DNA of 64,000 bases, from positions 32,001 through 96,000 of IMG/VR virus record IMGVR_UViG_3300025009_000051; one strand, written 5' to 3'. Of the stretch, positions 56,366 to 64,000 are shown in pieces. The translations under genes were made by a program, and so were the position numbers. The DNA is from a virus. Within the stretch, counting starts at the first letter, position 1; each line of letters starts with the position of its first letter. The notes beneath the pieces were generated by a model that worked only from the letters and a program-made list of their open reading frames with translations, was not told the origin of the DNA and ran no database searches.

Positions 56366-57237
56366 ATATAATACAATTAACAAAATCTAATTCTTTTGAT
56401 TATGATGATATATTTAAGAATTCTTATAATCTAATAAAAAAAAGAAATAAATTAGATTTAAATGTAATAATTCCAGTTCGTGGAAGAAAAGAATTTTTAA
56501 AACCGTTGCTGCATTATTTTATAGAAGCTAAAAAAAATACTTCAAAAAAAATATCATTCACAGTAGTTGAAGATTCACCAGGAAAAGAACATGAAGAAAC
56601 TTGTAAGGAATTTAAGGTAAATTATATTTGGTTAAAATCTAATAAAATATTTAATAAATGTTTAGCACATAATATTGGAGTTTTATTTTCATCTAAATCT
56701 AAATATTTAATGTTTCATGATTTAGATTGTTTGGTACAAAAAGATTTTTTTATAAATGTATTTGAAAATATAAAACAAAAAGAATTGATTGCAATACAAT
56801 GTTTTAATAAAAGAAGAGTATTATATTGCAATGAAAAATTGACTAATTCATTAATAGAATTAAAAACAAATATAAACGATGTCAATATTAATCATCCAGA
56901 TATAAATTTATTTGAAAATGGCAAAGCTCCTGGAGGATCGATTTTATTAAATCGAGAAACATTTTTTAATATTGGAGGATATGATCCAGAATTATTTAAT
57001 GGGTATTCTCCAGAAGATTCTTTCTTCTGGGAAAAGATTGAGACCCTAACCAAAATTGGCAGCTGTGATTCTCCAATTGTAGAAATATTTCATATGCATC
57101 ACCCCCCTTCATATTTTAGAAAGGATGAGGCATTAACTAAAATGCATAAAATAGATAGATTGTATAGAATATCAAAAATGGAAAATAAATTAGAAATTTT
57201 AAAATATAAATCAGATTTAATTAAAAAATATGAATAA
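56350..57237 (+). CDS. GT-A fold glycosyltransferase (GT2/GT7-like)
   Basis: VIIPVRGR, FNKCLAHNIG, FHDLDCL, GGYD...GYSPED. Confidence 0.8.
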   Translation: MDSNLNIIQLTKSNSFDYDDIFKNSYNLIKKRNKLDLNVIIPVRGRKEFLKPLLHYFIEAKKNTSKKISFTVVEDSPGKEHEETCKEFKVNYIWLKSNKIFNKCLAHNIGVLFSSKSKYLMFHDLDCLVQKDFFINVFENIKQKELIAIQCFNKRRVLYCNEKLTNSLIELKTNINDVNINHPDINLFENGKAPGGSILLNRETFFNIGGYDPELFNGYSPEDSFFWEKIETLTKIGSCDSPIVEIFHMHHPPSYFRKDEALTKMHKIDRLYRISKMENKLEILKYKSDLIKKYE

Positions 57238-57847
57238 ATATTTTGATAAAGCATATTGTATTAATTTAAATAAAAGAATTGATAGATGGAACAAAGCTCA
57301 GCAAGAATTTAACAAATATAATTTAGTTGTTGAAAGATTTCCTGCAATTGAAGGAAATATTCAAAATTTAGAAACTGAAATACTACCTGGAAATATAGGA
57401 TGCGTAAACAGTCATTTAAATATAATAAAAAATGCTAGAAAAAATAATTATAAAAGTGTAGCTGTTTTTGAAGATGATGTCGAATTTAAAGAAGATGTTT
57501 TAGAAAAATTTGAAGAATATTATAAACAACTTCCAGAAAATTGGGATATGATTTATTTTGGGGGCAATCACAATGATAGAGAAGGAGAGAATACATTAAT
57601 TAAAATATCGGATAATATTTATAAAGTGACTAAAACTTATACCACGCATGCTTATATTATTAAAAACACCGTGTATGATGAGGTAATAAAATTATTTTCT
57701 AAATATGAACATGAAGTAGATGTATTATATTCTGAATTGCAATTGAAATTTAATTGTTATGTTTTCAGACCTCATTTGGCGTGGCAAAGAGCAGACTTTA
57801 GTGATATAATGAATACATATGCAGATTATACTTCAATATTAAAATAA
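57230..57847 (+). CDS. glycosyltransferase family 25
   Basis: CINLNKRIDRW, GCVNSH, VFEDDV, TTHAYII. Confidence 0.85.
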   Translation: MNKYFDKAYCINLNKRIDRWNKAQQEFNKYNLVVERFPAIEGNIQNLETEILPGNIGCVNSHLNIIKNARKNNYKSVAVFEDDVEFKEDVLEKFEEYYKQLPENWDMIYFGGNHNDREGENTLIKISDNIYKVTKTYTTHAYIIKNTVYDEVIKLFSKYEHEVDVLYSELQLKFNCYVFRPHLAWQRADFSDIMNTYADYTSILK

Positions 57848-57854
57848 ATATATT

Positions 57855-58457
57855 ATGGATTTAATTCAATTAGAAAAATGGAAAGAAGATAATGGAGACC
57901 AAACTCATAGAATTCAATATGATCTAAATGAATTGTCTACTATAATTGATGTCGGAGGATATAAAGGAGAATGGACCAAATTAATGAGTTCTATTTATAA
58001 GTGCAACATATATACATTTGAGCCAGTTAAAAAGTTCTACGATGAAATGATAATTAATTTATACATGCATGAAAAAATTCATACTTTTAATTTTGGATTT
58101 TCACCTAAAACAGAATATAAAACAATTTATTTAGATGATGATTCTACGTCGTTGTTTGCTCCTTCAAGATATATAAATATTATTCAATTAATAGAATTTA
58201 AAGAATTCTTTATATCTAAGAATTTTCAAACAATAGATTTAATGAAAATTAACATTGAAGGAGAAGAATTTGATTTAATGGATCATATCATAGAAAATAA
58301 TTTACATTTAAAGATAAAAAACTTTCAAATTCAATTTCATGACTGGATGCCGCATGCCGAATATAGAAGACAACAAATATTAGATAAATTATTATTGACT
58401 CATTATCCTACATATCAATATAAATTTGTTTGGGAAAATTATAAATTAAAAGAATAA
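57855..58457 (+). CDS. FkbM-family methyltransferase
   Basis: IDVGGYKG, FEPV, LMKINIEGEEF. Confidence 0.85.
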   Translation: MDLIQLEKWKEDNGDQTHRIQYDLNELSTIIDVGGYKGEWTKLMSSIYKCNIYTFEPVKKFYDEMIINLYMHEKIHTFNFGFSPKTEYKTIYLDDDSTSLFAPSRYINIIQLIEFKEFFISKNFQTIDLMKINIEGEEFDLMDHIIENNLHLKIKNFQIQFHDWMPHAEYRRQQILDKLLLTHYPTYQYKFVWENYKLKE

Positions 58458-58461
58458 AAAA

Positions 58462-58878
58462 ATGGAAAAAATATATTCGAAGATAGAACCAAATAAATTA
58501 CTTCATATAATTTTTAGAAAAGAAGATTTTAAAAGTGGTAGAACAAATTTAATAGATGAAATGGAATTTATTCAATGTTCAGCCTTAAATTTGGTTATTG
58601 GAACAACCTTTAAGCCTCACAAACATATTGAAAGAAATATAACTTTCTCAAATCATATAGCACAAGAAAGTTGGTGTATAATACAAGGTTCAGTGAAATG
58701 TATTTTCTATGATTTAAATGATGAAATTTTAGAAACTCCAATATTAAATGCAGGAGATACATCATTTACGCTTCGCGGCGGCCATACCTATGAAATTTTG
58801 GAAGACGATACGTTAGTCATGGAATATAAAGTAGGGCCTTATTTCGGTCAACAATTAGATAAAATATTTATACAATAA
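58462..58878 (+). CDS. cupin-fold sugar-modifying protein (WbuC-like)
   Basis: PHKH...QE...G...LNAGD...GH...EYKVGPY. Confidence 0.7.
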   Translation: MEKIYSKIEPNKLLHIIFRKEDFKSGRTNLIDEMEFIQCSALNLVIGTTFKPHKHIERNITFSNHIAQESWCIIQGSVKCIFYDLNDEILETPILNAGDTSFTLRGGHTYEILEDDTLVMEYKVGPYFGQQLDKIFIQ

Positions 58879-58881
58879 ACA

Positions 58882-59178
58882 ATGAAAGAAAAAATATTAG
58901 AATATATTAAAGAAAAATATGGAAATCCAATTACAAAAGTACATCAATCACATTGTATGTTTCCAGGTGAAGATTGCTCTTGTCGAAATGTAGAAGAAAT
59001 TACATATGATACCTCTTTAATTCATGGTGGATATGTAGATTCATTAAGTATGGTGCATGTATTAATAATGATTGAAACTCTTTTTAATATTGAAATTCCT
59101 GTAAAAGAATCAATACCAGAAAATTTTGATACTGTAAATAAGATGGTAGAATTGATAAATAGAATAAAAAATGGATAA
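58882..59178 (+). CDS. acyl carrier protein with His/Cys-rich insertion
   Basis: GYVDSLSMV phosphopantetheine site; IE..FNIEIP...ENF.TV. Confidence 0.85.
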   Translation: MKEKILEYIKEKYGNPITKVHQSHCMFPGEDCSCRNVEEITYDTSLIHGGYVDSLSMVHVLIMIETLFNIEIPVKESIPENFDTVNKMVELINRIKNG

Positions 59179-60034
59179 ATTAAAAATAGTTATATATTCT
59201 ACATGCCAAGGCAGGGGGTTAGAAACATTTTTAATGCTCCATAAAAAATTTGTTAGTCAATATACGTTTGTGCAAACAATTTTAAATTATTCTTTTTTAC
59301 ATGAAAAAAAAATAATAATAGAAAATAATGTAATGCTTAATAATATAAAAAATGCTGATATTTTTATATATCAACCATTAGATGATATTTATGGTAAAAA
59401 TGCTACAAATTATGTAAAAACATTTTTAAAAGAAACTTGCATTGCAATATCTATACCTTATGTTTATAACACAAGTTTTTGGCCTCTAATAGTTGGAATA
59501 AAAGGAGACACGACAGACGATTGGTCTGCATTAGATAATTACAAGCATGTAATTGAAAACACTGATATATTAGATAATTTAATAAAACTTGGGCATTCTA
59601 AAGATACTATTTTAAATCTATATGATAATAATGAAATAAATTTTAATTATGATATTAGACATAGAGTTAATATGAATATTTTGAAAAATAAAGAAGAAAC
59701 GATAGATATAAAAATGCATGATTTTATTAATGATAATTTAAAAACAAAAAGATTATTTTTATATCATAGTCATCCTACTTCTTCTGTCTTTATTCATATG
59801 GCAAATCAAATTTTAAATATTCTTAATTTAGAACCTTTAGAAGAACATTCTAATATTGATTTAACAAATTTACAATCTGGAACTGTAATGCCAGGTATTT
59901 CTCCCGCTTTAATGGCATTCCCAAGCTCAGCTATTAGACATTTCGGTTTTGAATTTGAAACTCCACAATATGAAGCAATAGCAAATAATTTCTTTAGACA
60001 TACAATATTGACATATTTAAATAATAAAAGATGA
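59171..60034 (+). CDS. WcbI-like polysaccharide biosynthesis protein
   Basis: IYSTCQ, ADIFIYQPL, ISIPY.Y..FWP, LF....HPT. Confidence 0.7.
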   Translation: MDKLKIVIYSTCQGRGLETFLMLHKKFVSQYTFVQTILNYSFLHEKKIIIENNVMLNNIKNADIFIYQPLDDIYGKNATNYVKTFLKETCIAISIPYVYNTSFWPLIVGIKGDTTDDWSALDNYKHVIENTDILDNLIKLGHSKDTILNLYDNNEINFNYDIRHRVNMNILKNKEETIDIKMHDFINDNLKTKRLFLYHSHPTSSVFIHMANQILNILNLEPLEEHSNIDLTNLQSGTVMPGISPALMAFPSSAIRHFGFEFETPQYEAIANNFFRHTILTYLNNKR

Positions 60035-60960
60035 ATTATACAAAAATAATAGGAACTGGTATTTGCCTACCAGAAGTTTATATAACTAATGACGATTTAA
60101 TAAATAAGTTTAAATTAGATACAACCAATGAATGGATTGTAGAAAATACTAATATTCGACAAAGATATATTTGTAAAGATGGAGAAACATCTACTTCTTT
60201 AGGTTGCACTGCCGTAAAACAAGCTATAGAAAATGCAAATTTAAAAAATGAAGATATTGATATGTTAATTGTAGCCACAACTTCTCCAGATAAAGTTTCT
60301 CCTTCTACAGCCTGTTTAATAAAAGATGAATTAAAATTAGAAAAGGCAATTGCATTTGATATTGCCGCAGTTTGTAGTGGATTTTTATTTGGTATGTCTG
60401 TCGCAGAAAAATATATATCTTCTGGAATGTGTAAAAATATAGTGGTTGTAGGTGTAGATAGGTTTTCAAAGATAACAGATTGGAATCATAAACATAGTAT
60501 CTTTTTTGGAGATGGAGCTGGAGCCGCAGTTTTATCACAATCTAAAACGAAGGGATTTCATGGTTTTACTTTATATTCTGAGAGTGAAAATAAAATTGGA
60601 TTTGAATGTGAATTTAATGAAACATATAAAATGAATACAAAGATGGTTTATGAAGCAGCAATCAAAACAATGCCAATTGCAATCGAAGATGTATTAAATA
60701 ATGAAAATATGAGTATCGATGATATAGATTATTTAATACCTCATCAACCAAGTATTAGAATATTAAAAGAAGTAGCAAAAAGAATAAATATGCCAGAAGA
60801 AAAAGTAATGATGAATATGGATAAATATGCTAATACAGTTTCTGGAACAATTCCTATTCTATTACATGAAACTTGGAGTAAATTAAAACCGGGAGACAAA
60901 ATATTATTTGCTGCTATTGGTTCGGGTTGGACTTATGGTGCGGCTTTATATGAATTTTAA
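60031..60960 (+). CDS. fabH: 3-oxoacyl-ACP synthase III
   Basis: Catalytic C-H-N: AVCSGF, PHQPS, YANT; FGDGAGA. Confidence 0.9.
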   Translation: MNYTKIIGTGICLPEVYITNDDLINKFKLDTTNEWIVENTNIRQRYICKDGETSTSLGCTAVKQAIENANLKNEDIDMLIVATTSPDKVSPSTACLIKDELKLEKAIAFDIAAVCSGFLFGMSVAEKYISSGMCKNIVVVGVDRFSKITDWNHKHSIFFGDGAGAAVLSQSKTKGFHGFTLYSESENKIGFECEFNETYKMNTKMVYEAAIKTMPIAIEDVLNNENMSIDDIDYLIPHQPSIRILKEVAKRINMPEEKVMMNMDKYANTVSGTIPILLHETWSKLKPGDKILFAAIGSGWTYGAALYEF

Positions 60961-60971
60961 ATAAATTTATT

Positions 60972-61496
60972 ATGAATTTTAAATCAATTGGAGAAGATGT
61001 AAGAATTGATCCAACAGCACAAATAACACGACCAGAATTGATAGAAATTGGTAATCATGTTTCCATTGATATGTGCGTTTATTTTTCTACAGGAGCAAAG
61101 ATAGGAGATTACATTCATATAGCCCCACAAGTCAGTATTATCGGTGGCGCAAAGTCGCGATTAATTATGGAAAATTTTAGTGCTATTGCAACCGGTTCAA
61201 GAATTATATGTGCAAGTGATGATTTCACTCAAGGTTTTCTTTGTCCATTTATTCCTATAGAATTTAGAAATGTAATTAATAAACCAATTACATTTAAAAA
61301 ATATTCTGCATTGGGAGTAAATTCAGTGGTAATGCCAGGAGTAACTCTTGCAGAAGGATCTGTTGTAGGTGCAAATTCAGTCTTAACTCAAGATACAGAA
61401 CCTTGGATGATTTATGTTGGTTCTCCTGCAAGGGCGATTAAAATGAGAGATTCAAAATTAATTTTAGAAGGAGCCAAAAAATTAGGATATGATTGA
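60972..61496 (+). CDS. hexapeptide-repeat (LbH) sugar acyltransferase
   Basis: Repeated I/V-G-x-x-x-x-I; PWMIYVGSPA. Confidence 0.85.
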   Translation: MNFKSIGEDVRIDPTAQITRPELIEIGNHVSIDMCVYFSTGAKIGDYIHIAPQVSIIGGAKSRLIMENFSAIATGSRIICASDDFTQGFLCPFIPIEFRNVINKPITFKKYSALGVNSVVMPGVTLAEGSVVGANSVLTQDTEPWMIYVGSPARAIKMRDSKLILEGAKKLGYD

Positions 61497-62265
61497 ATTA
61501 TTTAATACTTGGGGGCCAACCTATTTTTTAGAATATAATAAAGATGTAAATGTATTTGTAGATACTATTGGAAAGGTAGAATCAAATAAAAAAAATATCT
61601 TTGTTATTCTTGAACCATTTAACAAATTTTTTATTGATAAAATTAATAAAAATGATTTTGATTTTATTCTTACATATTTCCAAGAAATAATTGATTCTAT
61701 TCCAAATGCAAGATTATTTAATCCATCAAATACTTGGGTGCATCATTATACTTTTCCAACAAAAGAATTTTCAGTTTCTACATTGGTAGGAGGAAAAAAT
61801 ATTCATAATTTATCTGGATATGCTAAACGACACGAGTTGTGGAATAGGCAAAATGAAATAATAATTCCAAAGAAATTTTATTTGAGTAGTGCCAGTAAAT
61901 TGAATAATATTAATTATAGTAATCAGTTAGTATTATACAAATATAAAGAACCGCTATTTGATAGTCAATTTCACATAGTGATAGAAAACGAAACGATGTT
62001 AAATATGTGGTCAGAAAAAATTATAGATTGCTTTCAAACTAAAACTATACCGATATATGTTGGGTGTAAAAATATTGAAAATTTCTTTAATATTGATGGA
62101 ATAATAAAGGTAGAATCCGTTTCAGATATCATTTTAGCGTGTAATGAATTAACGCCGACTTTTTATAAATCTAAAGAAAAAGCATTGAAAGAAAATTTAA
62201 AAATATCAAATAATTATTTGAGTTTTGACAAACAATTAATAAATAAATTAAACGAAATTTTATGA
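61489..62265 (+). CDS. glycosyltransferase family 10-like
   Basis: QFHIVIEN...SEKIIDCF..KTIPIY.G. Confidence 0.75.
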   Translation: MIELFNTWGPTYFLEYNKDVNVFVDTIGKVESNKKNIFVILEPFNKFFIDKINKNDFDFILTYFQEIIDSIPNARLFNPSNTWVHHYTFPTKEFSVSTLVGGKNIHNLSGYAKRHELWNRQNEIIIPKKFYLSSASKLNNINYSNQLVLYKYKEPLFDSQFHIVIENETMLNMWSEKIIDCFQTKTIPIYVGCKNIENFFNIDGIIKVESVSDIILACNELTPTFYKSKEKALKENLKISNNYLSFDKQLINKLNEIL

Positions 62266-63329
62266 GCAGAATAGTACAATACTCACCAGTAATAGAAAAA
62301 AAATATATTCGTTCTGTCACCAAACAATTAAAAAGTGGTTGGCTTGGACCTGGAGAAACAACTAAAAAAGTAGAAGAAGAGCTATGTAAAATGACAGGAA
62401 ATAAATATTGTGTTGCAACCACCTCTGGAACCTCCGCATTAATAATGGCTATTCTATCTTTAAATATTCCTAAAGACAAAATAATTTTATTACCTGCATA
62501 TACTTTTATAGCTCCGCACAATGCAGCTAAATTTCTTGGATATAAAATTAGATTGATAGATGTCGATCCAAATACAATGTGCATGGATTATGGTGAATTA
62601 TTAAAGATATATTCTAAACATAAAAATAGCATTGGAGCAATTATTTTTGTAAATCATAATTCATATGCAGAAGGAGAATATTCAAAAATAGTAGATTTTT
62701 GTAACCGATATTCTACTCCCATAATTTCAGATGCATCTCAAGCATTGGGAAATATAAAAGCATTTAAAGGAACGGTTTCAGTAATTAGTTTTTCAGTGCC
62801 AAAAATAGCTACCTGTGGACAAGGCGGTGCAGTAGTAACAAATGATGAAAACATATATTTAGAATTAAAGAAAATACAAGATCATGGAGACGATTGGAGG
62901 AAAGATAGAATACATAAAAATTTAGGTGTTAATTTTAAATTTAATGATATATTAGCATCATATCTTTTACCACAATTAAAAGATATAAATAAATTGATAT
63001 TTAAAAGAGATATGATATTCTCTTGGTATCAAATATATTTGAAAAAAAATATAGTTACATATGGCATGGATTCAACTTGGATGGTTATTTATAAAACTAA
63101 AAAAATCCAACAGATTATAAAAGAATTAGAAGAAAATAACATACAATCCGTTCAATACTATAAACCTATTTCTTGGAATCCTCCATATTATACATCAGAG
63201 TTATTTGTTAATTCTGAAAAAATATATCAAGAATATTTATATTTACCAAGTAGTTTATCATTGACAAAAAATCAAATAAAAAGAATTTGTAGAATAATTT
63301 TAAAAATAGAAAATGGACAAAAAAATTAA
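62262..63329 (+). CDS. DegT/DnrJ PLP-dependent sugar aminotransferase (perosamine synthase-like)
   Basis: TTSGTSAL, DASQALG, SFSVPKIATCGQGG. Confidence 0.9.
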   Translation: MSRIVQYSPVIEKKYIRSVTKQLKSGWLGPGETTKKVEEELCKMTGNKYCVATTSGTSALIMAILSLNIPKDKIILLPAYTFIAPHNAAKFLGYKIRLIDVDPNTMCMDYGELLKIYSKHKNSIGAIIFVNHNSYAEGEYSKIVDFCNRYSTPIISDASQALGNIKAFKGTVSVISFSVPKIATCGQGGAVVTNDENIYLELKKIQDHGDDWRKDRIHKNLGVNFKFNDILASYLLPQLKDINKLIFKRDMIFSWYQIYLKKNIVTYGMDSTWMVIYKTKKIQQIIKELEENNIQSVQYYKPISWNPPYYTSELFVNSEKIYQEYLYLPSSLSLTKNQIKRICRIILKIENGQKN

Positions 63330-64000
63330 AAGTCTTATCATAGGAATATCTGGACAAGATGGAAGTTATCTTTCAGAATATTTATTATCTCTCGATCATG
63401 AAGTGTATGGTATTGTTAGACGGCATTCAGTTGCAGAAAACCAACAATATAGATTAGAAAATATAAAAGAAAATATTCATGTGTTTTATGGAGATTTATT
63501 AGATATTTCTTCTATAGAAAAGGTATTGAGAGAAGTAATGCCAGATTTCATATTTAATTTGGGGGCAATGAGCCATGTGAAAATATCATTTGAAATACCA
63601 TTATTTACTGCGCAGACAAATGCTCTTGGAGTTTTAAGTCTGTTGGAATCTTATAGAACTATTTGCCCAAATGCTAAATTTTACCAAGCTTCAAGTAGCG
63701 AGATGTTCGGATTATCTGTAGATGAAGATATGTATCAAAGAGAAACAACTCCAATGAATCCAACTTCACCTTATGGTATTTCAAAAGTTTTTGCATATAA
63801 TATGGTAAGACATTATCGTAGAGCATATGGATTACATGCAGTAAATGGTATATTGTTTAATCATGAAAGTCCAAGAAGAGGAAGTAATTTTGTGACCAGT
63901 AAAATTATTAAAGGAGCATGTATGATAAAACTCGGAATGCAACCAAATTTAGAATTAGGAAATTTAGATTCATTTCGTGATTGGGGGCATTCATATGACT
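63313..64000 (+). CDS. gmd: GDP-mannose 4,6-dehydratase (runs off the window end)
   Basis: Hand translation: IIGISGQDGSYL, GAMSHV, YQASSSEMFG, SPYG.SK, GILFNHESPRRG, RDWGH. Confidence 0.95.
   Translation, partial: MDKKIKSLIIGISGQDGSYLSEYLLSLDHEVYGIVRRHSVAENQQYRLENIKENIHVFYGDLLDISSIEKVLREVMPDFIFNLGAMSHVKISFEIPLFTAQTNALGVLSLLESYRTICPNAKFYQASSSEMFGLSVDEDMYQRETTPMNPTSPYGISKVFAYNMVRHYRRAYGLHAVNGILFNHESPRRGSNFVTSKIIKGACMIKLGMQPNLELGNLDSFRDWGHSYD

Noticed and set aside
1-64000. Genome-wide stop-codon reassignment (TAG or TGA to sense)
   Set aside because: All long genes are intact under code 11, coding density is high, and TAA, TAG and TGA all terminate genes; only three isolated in-frame stops were found
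1-64000. tRNA, rRNA or CRISPR array
   Set aside because: GTTCGA hits (e.g. near 22185, 25333, 56305) lie inside coding frames with no cloverleaf; no regularly spaced direct repeats were seen by eye
54329-64000. Bacterial O-antigen locus flanking a prophage
   Set aside because: No integrase, att site, wzx/wzy or housekeeping genes; composition and start contexts match the phage genes, and the upstream 31-bp element is shared with a phage locus. Not fully excluded without the next window

Overview
This AT-rich 64-kb window is part of a large lytic myovirus with T4-like morphogenesis genes. TAnnTTTG promoters and A-rich, Shine-Dalgarno-less starts point to a Bacteroidota host (inference). Virion genes include large terminase, a portal carrying a 483-aa Pro-starting intein with an HNH domain, prohead protease, gp25- and gp15-like proteins, tape measure, and BNR/LamG/propeller tail proteins. 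These are interleaved with host-promoter-driven accessory blocks: gp32-like SSB, two compact PolA-fold proteins, a PurA-like enzyme with a vWA partner, CCA-adding enzyme, MoxR AAA+/vWA, a Pol-beta-type nucleotidyltransferase, 2H and HD phosphoesterases, three free-standing GIY-YIG genes and a decayed TnpB. The last ~9.7 kb is a glycan-biosynthesis island (GT2, GT25, GT11, GT10, FkbM, cupin, ACP, WcbI-like, FabH, acetyltransferase, DegT-type aminotransferase, gmd). The strongest leads are: (1) small genes sharing a swappable ~22-aa N-terminal leader ending in a protease-type L-x-E site (candidate capsid-loading signal); (2) a PurA-like enzyme lacking the aspartate-binding loop, next to an MGGG-starting vWA protein; (3) an ACP/FabH/WcbI sugar-acylation module; (4) a class-3-like portal intein; (5) a 31-bp element repeated 52 kb apart. 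All family calls are from motif recognition by eye; no database searches were run. No tRNA, rRNA or CRISPR array was seen.
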